Assembly (NCBI GenBank): GCA_050273025.1
Contig: CP158635.1
Location: 11,408,001-11,472,000, forward strand
Reading direction: 5' to 3'
Source: Cenococcum geophilum
Taxonomy: Eukaryota
Length of the DNA: 64,000 nucleotides
Shown piece after piece: positions 1 to 12,971 of the stretch. The translations under genes and the position numbers were made by a program. Position 1 is the stretch's first letter. Every line of letters begins with the position of its first letter. Under the pieces are notes generated by a model that worked only from the letters and a program-made list of their open reading frames with translations, had not been told where the DNA came from and did no database searches.

Positions 1-2388
1 CGTTTTGGGGAAGGTAGGGGTTGTACGTGGGTTGGTCCATATACAGTAGGGGGAGGGTAGAGGCGGTTGCCGCAGGCAGTGATTGCTGGGTAGGTTGCGG
101 AGGTTCGTACGAGCTTGGCTGCCGTGGCTCCTTGGCTTTGGTTAACGAAGAGGGTAAAGCTAGCGGAGCTTGTGCAGACGGAGCTTTTGCGGACGGAGCT
201 TTTGCGGACGGAGCTTGCGCGGACGGAGCTTGCGCAGACGGAGCTTGTATAGACGGAGCTTGCGCGGACGGAGGTTGCGCAGGCGGGGCTTATACGGGCG
301 GAGGTTGTACGGACGAAGGTTGTACGGGCGGAGGTTGTACAGACAGAGCTTAAGCGGACGGGGCTTGTGCGGACGAAGCTTGTGCGGACGGAGGTCGTGT
401 AAACGGAGCTTGCGGTGACGGAGCTTGCGCGGGCGGAGCTTATATAGGCGGAGCTTATATAGGCGGAGCTTATACGAACGGAGCTTGCGCGGACGGAGCT
501 TATATAGGCGGAGCTTGCGCAGATAGAGCTTACGGGGGCGGAGCTTATGTAGGTAGAGCTTGAGTAGACGGGGCAGTTATAATATTTGATTAAGGCTCTG
601 GTAACTGAGCTAGGGTAGGAAGGCTAGGTAGAGGATTATCCTTTAAGGCTTACGGGCCTATTGCATCATCGTCTTAAGGGTTAAGCTCCTTTTAATTGGT
701 TGCTTGATCTTAATTTCCACTAGAGTCTACTTGTCGATTTCCACTAGAGTCCACTTGTTAATTTCCACTGGAGTCTACCTGTTAACTTCCACCGATATCT
801 GTACGAGTCTTATTAGGCTCTTCCTTTGACGTCTTGTCTAGTTCTTCCCTTGGCATAACTACCCCACTAGAACGTTCCGTAAAACCGTTCTGCTATAGGG
901 TATACTGCTAATGGCCAAGTTGCTGAGGGTTGTACTGCTGCTAGGTAGGCTGCTAGGTAGGACTTAGTTGGTGCGGGTATTGTAGTTTCTGGGGAACTTC
1001 TAAAGTAGGCAGGGGTAATTCCAGCTCATCTAGTTTAACGGGTGCTTCTAGTTCGTTTGGTATGACGTTATAGGTGTTCTTAGTAGGGTGGGAATGTGAC
1101 GTTATATATGGTAAAAGTCCTATTTTTTTAGGCGGTGGTGGATTTGTATATATTGAAGGTCCTAGAAGACCAGAGATCTAATTAGGTTTTTGAGAAGTAA
1201 AGAATCTATAGGTATTAATGTGGTCTAAGACTTCCTCTTTAGTCCATTCCGTTTAGTCCTCCTTGCATAGTGTATCATATAAAGACTGTGCAATGGTAAC
1301 TTGCTTATTAACCCATATACCTTAGTAACGTAGGAGGGCTCGTAGGTTGTAGGTGGCTATATAGTCACAAGTCTTAAAAATAGCTTCCGTGAAGTCTGCG
1401 AAGTCTTCCTAGTATTGCTCCTATAGGTTATTATTTTTAAGCTTAAAGTATCCGTATTTAAGGATTTTAAACTTAATATATTCGTTAATATTAAGTATGG
1501 ACTTAATATCAACTCCTTATCTCCACTTCTTTTAACCTTCGCTAACTTGCTTGCTGATATCTGCCATACTGTGTAGTGTAGTATAGTGCGTAGCGGGTGG
1601 AAGGGGTCTTGTGGTGGTCCGTAAGGGCGGTTGATATCCATAACGGTTCGTAAAAGGGTAGGGGGTTTCTATAAGGTCTTATAACGGTCCGTAGAGGCAA
1701 TTAATAGGTCCGTAGTAGTTTATAGAGGGGTAAAAGGTCTCCGTAAGGGGTCTGATAAGATATCAGAGGTATTAAAGGAGGGTGTAGTAGAAGTAGGGGG
1801 TTAAGGTTTAAGGATAGGGGTTTAAGGTTCAAAGGAGGTTAAGTATAGGGGTTCCGTATAGGTCTGTATTCGCGTCTATAACTTCCAGTAACCATACTAA
1901 GACTTAAATAAGTATATAGAGTTGGTGATAGGTCCATAATCCCCAACTTCCAACCTTCTAGCAGGTTGTACTAGGAGTTTAAACGGGTAGTCGCTGTCGA
2001 GTATTGCTTAGGGGGAGGTGTCGAGTAATTACTAATTTAGATTCGAGGTATTTCTAGATAAGGTAGAGTGTTAGACGTCTTCCAAATCTAAAGTACTTTA
2101 ATTCTGTTTAACTGAGATAGGGCCTTTGTAAGGTGGAGCGTAAACGTCTTCTAAGTAAGTGCGTATCTCCTGATCTGTGCGCGCTTACTGATCAGTGTCG
2201 GTACCAATTTAATGGTATAAGTGAGTTGTGTCTAGGGGCACGAAATACGTATAGTATCGTATGCTTATTTAGACGGTGGTGACTCGTTCTTCTAATTGTA
2301 CATAAAGTGGTAGAATTTAAGGGGTTTCCTGAGCTCGCTTAGCTCACGTGATTGCGACCATAAATTCCTGTACGAACTCGTTCAGACA
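1..2388 (-). mobile_element. RIP-degraded repeat, probably the 5' part (LTR plus gag-like region) of an LTR retrotransposon running off the window
   Basis: TpA-rich and stop-riddled. Minus strand begins TGTCTGAAC at 2388 with an LTR-like ~400 bp segment. Low-complexity Pro/Ala/Gln coding remnants follow. No partner LTR is visible. Confidence 0.4.
166..570. repeat. 15-bp tandem repeat (GAGCTTGCGCGGACG variants)
   Basis: Directly visible array whose copies differ mainly by transitions. It explains ORFs 21..353 and 170..418. Confidence 0.9.
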
Positions 2389-2399
2389 ATACCTAATTT

Positions 2400-4440
2400 A
2401 TTACTTAATTAGTTATATATATTAAGCAATTAAGGAAAAATAAAAGTATTAGAGAGTATAAAAATAAAGTTATCTAGATAGTACTTTAAGGCGGTATTTA
2501 GGATATATTAGATAAGTATCTAGTAAAATCCCTCCGTAAAAAGATTAAATAAAAAGGGTATAGTTTAAAGGCTAAATAAGAGGCAATATTTAAAATATAC
2601 TATACCCTTTTAGGAGAACCCTATAAGGTGTTAAGCTTTAATAGAAAGTAGAATATTCTAAAAGGTGTCCTTAATATCCCTCTTAATAATTATATAACTA
2701 CGGCCTATATATATAACGTATTAGAGAACCTAATTAACTGTTAAATATTATAGTATAGCGAATACTATAGGGATTAAGTTATTAATAGATCGGCTAGATA
2801 GTAAGGATAAGTTATAAATATAGCGCTATCCCCTATTTACTTTAGATACTAAACCTAGCAGTAAGGATATAATAGAAGACGTTACTATTATAATCCTACC
2901 TATATCTAGATTAGCGCTAATCTTCTCTAAAATTAGGACCGTATTTATAGCTATTAAGGCTTAGTTTTTTTAGGAAAGAAGCTTAATTTTTAGGTTTGCC
3001 TTAATCTAGCATTTAAACTTTAAGATACTAATAATATTGTATTAGAGGTTGCTAGGGTATAGAGATAGATAACGCCCCTATACTTAAATAATTAAAGGGG
3101 AGGGAAAGTCCTATAAAGGAAAGGAGGGTAGGAAGACTAGAAATAATAGTATAGTATTTAGCCTACCTATACTATAAGGGTAGAGCATAGTTTTAGTAGA
3201 GTGTAGGTATAGCTTAATAAAATCCTTTTCCTCCTCTTCCTTTTCCTTATTAATACTTTCCTCTAGTAATTACTACTTATAATTTCTTATAGTATATAGG
3301 CTACTATACTTACTATAGGTATATAAGAACTTATAATTCTTACCTAGGTTATACTTCCCTCTATTAAAGCTATAATAGGTCCTTAAGATATTAGTACTTA
3401 CTTATATGCGTTTTAAGATAGATACGGATTTATAAGTACTAGGATTATAATAGATATCTAGGAAGTTACTAAAGATCTTCTAGTTAGCTAGCTCTAACTA
3501 GTTTTTTTTTTAAATAACTATAGAGTAGTGCTTTAAGGCTATAGTTATTAAGGGAGTAATTTAGTAGGTAGTAGATAGCTAGATAACTTAATTATAAAAG
3601 GTAAGTATTTAGGGAATAAGATCTACTAAAAGATTCTTATATATAATAATTAAAATTATTATATGGTTAAGGAAGCCCTCTACCCATACTTTAACGGATA
3701 GGTAGTCTTTTATTATCCCTTTTTTTAGTCTTATAAAAAGGACGCTGTTAATAATAAGGATATTATTCTAAGGCTTAGACTAGAGCTAGTGTATCTAAAG
3801 GTAAAAGAGGTTATTAGGTAAGAAAGTACCCTAAAATACCTTAAGTATCTCTTTATTTGGGACGCTAGGGAAAAAAAAATTAGAATATTAGCTATAAATA
3901 GGAATAACTTACCTAGTTTATTAATTAGGGTTAAGGATAATACTACTATAGTTAATCTTACTGTTACTATAGCGAGGCTTAATATATAGAGTTTAGTTAT
4001 CTAATCTTCCTATTTTTTTTAAACGTATAGTATTTTAGTACGGTCCTTCTATTCCTAAAGGAGTTTTATTTTTTAGTTAGTTGCCTAATCTTTAATTTTC
4101 TTTACCTAAGCTCTTCTAATCCTTAGGTCCTCCTTATATAGTTACTAAAGCTATTTTTTAGCTTTTTTAGCGGCTAAAGTCTTACGTTAAGCCGTAGAGA
4201 GAGGCGCTATTATAAAGGATAGAAACTATAACGCTAGCGTATCACCTAAAGGTATAGGGGAAGGTAAGGGAGACTAGTAGGTAACCTTTAAGGAGTTTAG
4301 CTTATTAAGTATATCGTTATTAGTTAAGTTTTTAAGGTTTTTATAAATAATTTATAAAGGTTTAGACGAGCGTATAGGTTATTAAGTTATTAACAGCAAT
4401 AATTAATTATTAGAAATTAAGTAAATAAGGCATTGGCTCT
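2400..4440 (-). mobile_element. RIP-degraded DIRS/Ngaro-like (tyrosine-recombinase class) retrotransposon, gag/RT part
   Basis: Minus-strand translation: LGLVSKVNRG*RYIYNLS (2861-2805), KRDIKDTF*NI (~2685-2655), FLFNLFTEGFY*IL (~2555-2515), YLDNFIF (2480-2460). These revert by transitions to LGLVPK.DGGWRRIHDLS / KRDIKDAFRNI / FNLFAEG.HWIL / YLDDF. Boundaries approximate. Confidence 0.7.
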
Positions 4441-4552
4441 TAAATAAGACTAATATGGAAAGCAAGCAAGCAAGGCTCAATTTTGTGAATGTTGATGATG
4501 TTGGTGTTGCTGAGATGCAGGGGTGCTGCTGCAGTGCTCGCTTAGCCACATA

Positions 4553-4698
4553 CAAGGGGGTAACATGAATGGCTCAGACGCCCCCCCTGCTATTATGGAG
4601 AGGAAAATAAGCGAGCCCTAAGTAACATAGCAGGGCTAGGTTATTTTGTGTACCGTACTAGCAGGGGGGGCGTCTGAGGCATTGATGTTACCCCCTTG
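4553..4698. mobile_element. MITE (Tc1/mariner-type), ~40-bp TIRs, TA target duplication
   Basis: TA|CAAGGGGGTAACATGAATGGCTCAGACGCCCCCCCTGCTA ... TAGCAGGGGGGGCGTCTGAGGCATTGATGTTACCCCCTTG|TA; 2 mismatches between arms. Confidence 0.85.
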
Positions 4699-4837
4699 TA
4701 GACATGTCCATCTATTACACGTCCCTAACCGATCCCCAAACAGAGGGGATACTGATGCGAAAATCCAGAAACATTCTATATAAAACGCCTTTCGCCCATG
4801 CTTTTGAACCAAAGCACCTCTCCACCAGATCTCCGGC

Positions 4838-7800
4838 TTACATGGTCGGGCTAAATCTACTCATCTTCCGAATTTTTGCTCCATAGAAATAGAACAGTAT
4901 AGGAACGGGACATAGAGCAGCAGTCAGAAACCCCAACAAACTCGTCGCCCAGTTAACTCCAAGATTATGGTACCTGAGATGCATTAGCCCGATGTTTTGG
5001 ATCAAATAGAACTTTCGGATCAACTCACATTCCCGTGGCAAAAAGGGGGAAACCAGCTCCAAAAAGCGATCGAACAAACGTATTACCCGCAATAGCACTG
5101 TTGGCATTCATCAAGTAAACATCGATGATATAGTTTAGTCCTTGCAAGAAAATCATCAGAACTCCTGCACCGATTGGAATGCCTGCCAGGACCTGCGGCA
5201 CCCAGGTGATATGTGGGTTTGATGTCTAAGCGAACTAGAACATTCCTGCAGGGAATATAAATCCGCCCACGATCATCGGGATAAGTCGTTCCTCTGGAAT
5301 AACACGGCCGTGTTTTGCCATCTTGCGAGCGAAACGAGTTTTGGATGTCCAAACGATGATGCCGGCGCCAATCAACACGCCAATAGTGATGCTGATGAAT
5401 GGGAGCGCGCCCACACCTCCATTCCAGCCGCGTTGCTCTTGGAATGCGATGGGGTAGGCCTCAAAGAAGAGATAGAGGATGCCGTATATGAGAGCCATGT
5501 AAATAGTGACTAGGGTGAGGATAGGCTCGAGGAATAGCATGACGAATGGCCGGATGATATATTTGTTGCTGATACTCTTGAGGTCGATTTGCATTTCGTC
5601 CGCCTTAGCGTGAATCGCCCAGTTGCGTGTCTCGAAGCGAATCTTCTTTGCACGCTGCTGTAGGAGAGTTGGAGGGTAGGACTCTGGTACAAGTATAAAG
5701 CCTACAGTGCCGAAGAAGAATCCCATTATTGCTGTTAGATACTCAGTCCACCGCCAGCCAAGGTAGCTCTGAGTGACGAAGCCTCCTACAATGGGTCCGG
5801 CAACGGGACCGATGAAAGTTGCTCCCGCGAATATACACACGGCAATGCCACGGTCTATGGGTTCCCAGAAGTCGGTGAGGGTACCACCAACGATAGCGAG
5901 AGGTGCTGAGCCGAAGAACCCCCCAAAGAATCTACAAAGCATGATTGTTTGGAGGTTCTGTGCTACGGCAACAGGAATCTGGAAAATTGCGAATATGAAG
6001 AAGCCAAAGAACAATGGCATCTTGCGACCATATACCTCGGAAAGTGGTCCCCATAGGGGTGGACCAGCCGCAAAGCCCTAGGTAGGCCAAAATTAGAATA
6101 GTAAAAACGTCCTGACAATGCAAGCACCTACTAAAACAAATAAGCTGGTACCCAGGATCATGACCTCAGTAGATACGCCAAATTCAATAGCAGTAGGGAT
6201 AGTTGCTGTGCTGAAAACACTACTAGCAAACGTTATGCAGAAGGTCATGAGGCCAAGTACAATGGTAACCATCCACTTCTTCCACCGTGGCCAGTTCATT
6301 GGATTGCCCTATAATAAAAACGTAAGCATTAAGTCCATAGAGTATCCAAGGATTACCCACAGGGTCATCAGGACCATCCCACTCAACGAGATTGGGATCC
6401 TTCTCTTCTTTCCTTGTCCTTGCACCAGTGATCTACTTGGAGCGGGGTCTATTTGGAGCTCCAATGTGGATTCGGCTTCGATATGGATTTGGATTGGGCC
6501 TTCTGGTTGGTGGATTGGAGTGGATCTATGGTTGATTTGACTCTTGGAGCTCCAGATCTATACCCAATTCAAAGTGCGGCTGAGGAGGAATAGAGCGCTA
6601 AGGGGTCAGTGTAAAAGAAGAAGCCAATCAGCAAGTCTCTTAACTCTACCACTGACTCACCGTCCAATAAGTAGTGTATTAGCCATAGAATCTAGGACAC
6701 CTGGCCATCCTACCACTGCTGCTGTCGCTTCTGCTGTTACGGTTCTGCATCTACACTTACTGTCGTGGTGTTGTATTTGACTTTCCTACCTTCGCAATAG
6801 AACGATTTCTCTTAGTACGCCCGCCTCCACGTTACCCTTACCCCAAAATCAATTAATTCGAAAGCCGACGACACAAAGGAGGTGGTTAAGTTTAAGCTAT
6901 AGGGCAAGAACTATATTCGATGTAACGCCTTAACGAAGAAACCGAAGCATACGAAGCAACGCACGTCACCCGTCGCTCTCGCTTGTAAATAGATATGATT
7001 GAGGCCAACGGGTGCCTCCGCCATTGGTACGGGCCTCCGCGCAAGGGCACGTTTAATAATACAGAGGGAGGAGCCTACACAAATGGTACCACCAAAGGAG
7101 GCCTCAAAGGCTCGAGTTGCCGCGTATAAGGAAGCTATGGAGGAAGTCGCAAAGGCAGCAGCAGAGGCAGCAGCAGAGGCAGCAGAGGCAGCAGCAAATG
7201 CAGTAGCAGAGGCACCTCCGGGGGAGCCAGGTGGGCCGGGTGAGCCAGTGGCTATAGAGCCAGATGATGACGAGAGTGAAAGCCATGATAAGGGCGCATA
7301 TGCTGCCCTCGAGGAGGCGATTGAGGTAGAAGATCACGAAGCTTCTTATATAGAGGCTTTGTAATTTAGGGTTGATTTGGTACGTTCTTTCTTTCCTTAA
7401 CTTTTTCCTTACCTTCTGCCAAGACTTACTATTTATAGTATATATTTGATCTGGAGTCATATTGGAGTCCTGGAGCTCCACCGCCTCCTCGGCGTATGGA
7501 GTGGATTTGACCCCCAAATCCACTCCAGTCCAGTCCAATAAGATCACTGCCTTGCACCTTGAAGCTCTTGCTTCTCGATATCTCGTTCTGAGTTTGATGC
7601 TTCGGATCCACCTGGCTGATGTTGTTCTGGATGGGCTCCTACATGCCGAGAAATCGTACTGCGACTTGACGAAGTCAAACTCCCCTTGCTGTCATCGTCT
7701 TCTTCTTCTCCAAGGGTGCTCTTATCATCCGACACATTCCTGGTTTCTTGCTCAAAATCTCCTATATTTGGAACATCAGTTGATTCCCGATATCGTGGGT

Positions 7801-7891
7801 TCTGAGAGGATGGAGTCCCGAGTCCGTCGGGACTATATGTTCTTCTTCCATTAGCACTTCTAGTGATGCCATCACCCAGTTTATCGTCCAT
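4838..7891 (-). pseudogene. MFS drug:H+ antiporter (DHA1 family), inactivated
   Basis: Spliced translation gives LVEWDGPDDP/GNPMNW, GPLSEVYGRK, CRFFGGFFGSAPL, GWRWTEY, PEERLIPM, YGAKIRKMSRF. Exon 1 is split by a 1124-bp insertion. In-frame TAG stops at 5237-5235 and 5228-5226 (F*FA*TS for FWFAWTS). Confidence 0.9.
6426..7549. mobile_element. Non-autonomous hAT-type element inserted in MFS exon 1
   Basis: 8-bp TSD CCTTGCAC at 6418-6425 and 7550-7557. TIRs CAGTGATCT(AC/TA)TTGGA. Subterminal TGGAG/TGGAT repeats. Confidence 0.88.
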
Positions 7892-10485
7892 GGTAGGCGT
7901 AATGGAAGCGGTCCAATGAGAGATTCCAATGCAAGTATGCTCAATAATAAATTTTTGATTTTTTTTTCAAGATCGTATTAAAGTAGACGGAAGTTGATAT
8001 TTGATTTTAGGGTTATGATGGTGAATGAGGTAACTACAACCTATATACATTTGGGCAATTTTTGAGACCTTCCACTGAAATCGACGCTAGGCCATGACTA
8101 TATGGTGGATAATGAACTCGGCCGAGGCAAGGTTATATCCGCGTGCCGACAAGCGGGTACTGCCAATGACGAAACGGGCCACGAAGCTTGAATTGTGGAT
8201 CTCATCGGCCTTTACTGATCGCGAAATTCGACGGCTTCAGAACTCGGAGGCGGGCGGAAAACATTAAACTCCGATTGGCACACTAATAAGTAATCGAAAA
8301 GAGCATTAGATCTCTATGGGATGATTACACGAGGCAGTAGAAGTAGGTAGTTCCACCTGTAGTATTTTTGATATTTGTGATCTGGTCCAGGCCTCTTTTG
8401 AGGCGGTTAAGGTTGCCGCGTCGGAATATTTCCAATGGCCGATGCGACATCGCGAATATGGAACCCAAAATTATGGAACCACTATCGTTCAATGATGTTC
8501 ATACGACCTTTACCAGATATACAACCCTGAAGTCTGGGTTTCAACCAGCTGAGACTCAAGGCCATGGAGTACTGAGAGAGCCGATGACACGTTCATAACA
8601 GAAAATACCCGATGGCTCCTTCATGGAAATGCTCTTAGGTCGATTTTCCGAGATATTCTACTTACAGACATGAAGACACAAAATATAGAATTCAGGAACT
8701 GTCGGCCGGAATTTGAGGCTATATATTGTCCTAAATGGCGCAGCCATGAGGACCGGTCTTTTTGGTGCCATTTGGCGGTCAACAGGAACCATGCCAGCCA
8801 GGTTTCGTTTACAGCGCCCTAGTAATAACCATAGTCAAATGTGGCATATTGCTATCTCGGTGAAAGCACGACATAACGACAGCATTTCAAATGAGAAAGT
8901 TAGGCTTTCTGAAGCATGAGACATTCGTGCCTAGTATCGTGCCGTAGCTCATGTACTGCAGGACTGCATACACTGCTACTACATTGATAACGATTAGTCT
9001 TCATGCTGCACTTCGTTCTCATCTATTTCGGGAGTTAGAGATATGGTAGAGATGGATAAATCAATGGATTCTGCCATCGGCAAAATAAATGCAGGACGAT
9101 GAATCGCCAACACTCCCTCCTCAAACACGACGTCCACACCCAGCTTCTCCAACGATACTTCTCCCGCGCTGTCAAAAATCTCGGAGAATATTGGTGGGCC
9201 AAATGAAACTCAACCATAATCTTTCGAGTCGACGGTCTACCGAGTCGAGTCAAGCGAATGCCCATAACCACAAGCCTGCTGTTTCGTGGCCCTTCTCAAG
9301 GAGCTACACGATAAGATATACAACCAATTCAATTTGAAATTTCTAAGGCATCATCCTATCATCTTGGGTACACCAAATACAAGTCCAAGTGGCTCATTTG
9401 TGGGGTAGGCGACTGGTTCTATACTTTGACAGACCACTTAACTTCTCCGATCAAGCTGTGTAGCATGCCACCTATGGCAACCATCGAGTTCCTTCTCCTT
9501 AATAAGCAAACCCACTGTAGTGCTTGGACCGGAGTTATCGCTGTCTGCGGATCATTCTAAGCTCAATAAACAGCCGCACCGTATTTTCAATGACAGAATA
9601 TATGGATGTGCATATAATGCAATGTTGTTATACGAAATTAATGTTGAAACATGTGCGGAAATGCATTGTAAAAACCGCGATCAGCCATTATAGCATGATA
9701 ATTGGGCGTCTTCGCTACACTAGGGCTATATGCACTAGAAATTTCTTGAGGGCGCATTTGCCTGTATGCCGGAATCGAGGAGCTGAACTTGGTTGGACAA
9801 CTGGGCGACTATGAATCGGAACAAATCGTTGAGTATGGGGAATCTCCTTCGGTTCAGAAATGCGGCAAATTTCCGAACATACACCAGTTCCTTCATCCTC
9901 AGTTCATCTTTGACGGGAAGGAGCGCAGTTTCAAGGCCTTTCGCAGTTCGATCAGAACTAGCAAGGGATTACAGCTTTATCAGAGGGCCCAAATAACCAA
10001 GACGGCGGACGGAATTGAGATTTTGACAGTGTACAACTACAAGTCAAATCCACCAGCGCTCAAGTATGATAGGGTCAGTGATCTTCTATGGCGTAGTTGC
10101 AGAGGACATTCACTAGAAGATCACGCGCTTGTCGAGGATATGTTCGGACCTTCGTAGAAATCTGTAGGGTGACGAGTTAGGACAAGGGCTTTAAGAGCGG
10201 CGATCAGACCGCGGAACAGTACGTTGAGATGAGCGAGAGTTCTCATACCAAATAGGAATATATTGTGGACTTCCACCGCTTGATGCAATGGAGCCAGATT
10301 TGCTTTTCGACCATGTGGTAACGGCGACGAGGATTGATAATCATGGTAGAGCAAGCTGATACAGAGCACTATGCCGACCGTACTGGGACGCGGCTGCTGA
10401 TATGTTGTTGGCCATTTTAGCAGTCTCGGTACTGTTGCGCATATTGTATGCGCGCTCTTCTGACATATGGTAGTTGTTGATTTAA

Positions 10486-11280
10486 TCAATCATCCTCGCT
10501 CTCATTTCTTGACCTGTCTACGGATGATCCACTCCGGACTTCCTCCACATCGTCCTCACTATCACGGCCATTGTTTCCATTCTCCATATCAATATCGTCT
10601 GCGTCCAGTTCTTCAATCTCATCTCCCAATGGACTAACTCGAGGTTCCAGCATCTCCAAATCTTCAAGGTTTGCTCTTGATGGTAGCTTCCATAAACTTG
10701 TAGCACACATACGATCTTTTGTCAATAGATCATCCACAAATTGATCCATATATGTCAGCGTGAAACCCTCCCTTGTCCTCCGCTTCAGTCTACGGTAATC
10801 CGAAAGTAACGGTTCTAACGTCTGGTAAATCTCAACCGGTTCCCATGCAAGCCGGATATAGAACGCTGCAAGCGCACGAAGGTATTTGAATTCGCCTTTT
10901 CTCCCCCTTAATTGATCTTGTCCTTCGCCATTCTCGTTGTCCCGGTCTTCATCACCACTTTCGTCCTCTCCAAAATTCAAATATTCAAGTATGACCTCCT
11001 TCTCTGGTACTAGTTGTAGTAGCTTAAAGGCTAGACATAAAAAAGGTGTAGGCTTTCCCATGCCTCCGTATGTACCGCCGACAAATGTAAGTTCAACTGC
11101 GCGGTCGCATAACGTAGCGGCGTTCAGTCCAAAGCATTGCTCTTTCCAATAGTATGACTCGATGATGCGGTCTCGGACAGCTTTCTCGAAGAGTAGAGCG
11201 GGATTTTGGCCGCGGATTAGGGTACCACTGTATCCACGCTCGTCCAGCAGAGCTTTCGCGTCGGCGGCGTGGGTGGACAT
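10486..11280 (-). CDS. PRP38: Pre-mRNA splicing factor 38
   Basis: Intronless 264-aa ORF with IRGQNPALLFEKAVRDRIIESYYWKEQCFGLN, PTPFLCLAFKLLQL, FKYLRALAAFYIRL. Confidence 0.95.
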   Translation of the reverse strand: MSTHAADAKALLDERGYSGTLIRGQNPALLFEKAVRDRIIESYYWKEQCFGLNAATLCDRAVELTFVGGTYGGMGKPTPFLCLAFKLLQLVPEKEVILEYLNFGEDESGDEDRDNENGEGQDQLRGRKGEFKYLRALAAFYIRLAWEPVEIYQTLEPLLSDYRRLKRRTREGFTLTYMDQFVDDLLTKDRMCATSLWKLPSRANLEDLEMLEPRVSPLGDEIEELDADDIDMENGNNGRDSEDDVEEVRSGSSVDRSRNESEDD

Positions 11281-11620
11281 CCCGAGAAGGTTGGTTGAGC
11301 GCGAAAAACTAGCTAATTTGTTGAAATATCTTCAGTGTAAAGCGTAAAGACGCGTGCAAGTATAAGCTGTCGTATTAGATCGAGGTCCTACGGTTGGGAG
11401 TTGAGTTCTGTAATTTTTCACAAATGCCAAGGCATGATATCGATTGTCGCCCTCCCAACGACCCATGCATGTCAACATTCAGCCCTATCCGTGCAAGATG
11501 TTACCGTGTTTTACCAGACAGGAGCCTTATTTGCACGAGCTGGCGATTGCATTTCTCATGTATAACACCTGCTAGAAAAGTCACACCATCCTTCTTGTTC
11601 ACGTTTATTCGCTGTAAAAA

Positions 11621-12971
11621 ATGCTTCTCACAGGAGGGCAGGTCTCTATGGCCATATCCTCCACAATTGGTACAGACTTCTTCAAGTCTATTGACATTTA
11701 CTGCTCTTGAGGAAGATAGACGGAAGCTGATTATTCTCTATAGTATTTACATTCACCTCACTCCTCTTTCTCTCAGGATATGTCCTGCAACAAAAAACCT
11801 TACATAGCCTACAAGCCGCAATCAAACCCCGCTTGCCCAAACCACTAACTGCACCTACGCCATCAATTGCCCCGCTCAATCTCAATGTTAAGTGGGCAAG
11901 ACCAGTCGGCGGAAGGCCTAGCTCTGATGCCGATTTCGACCAATATATCTCAGAGCAAACCATCGACTGGAGTAGGCTGGGCTATGTGCAGCTAGTGAAG
12001 GAGCATGTTGAAGTGTGCAGCGCAATGATGCTGTTTGGAGATTTGTACAGGCTGAGAAGCCCCGCAAAGAGGGTGTTGTTGTTTCCGCGTGCGTGGCTGG
12101 AAGGTGCGACCGGCGAAGTGGTGGACCCATACTTGAGAACGAGTCGGAGGCTTTTGAGGATGGCAGCTAGGCGATATGGTGTTGTTTTGATGCCAATGGA
12201 GCCGATCATAGAAGGTGCTGATAGTGAGTAGCAAGCTTTCTGCCTGCAGGATGCAGTTACTAACTTACCGTTTCCATGCGAATAGATTCATTACCCTCTT
12301 CATACTCACTTGCGAGTTTGTTCTCGCTAGTTGACTATGAAAGAATCATCCATCTCTCCTCTCCAGGTCTTCTGCTCGATGCATCGCCGCTGGATTCCCT
12401 TCTCGCATTTTCCGAGTCAGAGCCGGTTGCTGCACTTCCTGCCAATGCAGAAAGGAAAGAGCTGTTGACATCACTCCTTCTCATCCATCCTTCTGCGGAG
12501 AATTATTCACGATTAAGGGAACTCCGTTCGACGCAGCCTATGACCGATCTGGATCTTTTTCGGAAATCCTTCCCTGTGCCTGATTCACTGCTTTCGAGTT
12601 GGTCTATGTCACTAGGCAATCTCTTTTACGAATCGACATCGCTGCGCAACTCGATCGAAGGCTTTAATTCCACCATCTTCACCGAGGCGACGGCGTACGT
12701 GCGCCTTTCGGATCCTGAATTACCAGGTCCGGAATACGATGTCCCTTACTATGACAGAGTCCGGATCAGGCCGAAAAACGAAGAGGCCAGATTTGTCTGG
12801 GAAAAACTATATGAGACGTTTAGACAACGCAGGATGGAGATCTGTGGCCTGGATCTGGAGACGTGGAGCAGCCCTGTGTTGCAGGCTGAGACGATGGCAG
12901 ATGAAAGCGGTACAGTTGCTGAGGAAAGTCAAGTTGCAGACGAGATTGTAAAGCAAGCGCAGGATCTGTAG
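11621..12971 (+). CDS. Glycosyltransferase family 8-like (Gnt1-related) type II membrane protein
   Basis: ATG 11621 MLLTGGQVSMAISSTI, intron, VFTFTSLLFLSGYVLQQ (TM anchor); DWSRLGYVQLV, CSAMMLFGDL; second intron ~12224-12285; C-terminal WEKLYETFRQRRMEICG. Confidence 0.8.

Noticed and set aside
21..418. Cys/Gly- and Arg-rich ORFs
   Set aside because: Alternative frames of the 15-bp tandem repeat in a degraded element.
6999..7364. Ala/Glu-rich ORF as a host gene
   Set aside because: Lies inside the hAT-type insertion; at most a transposase fragment, with no catalytic motifs seen.
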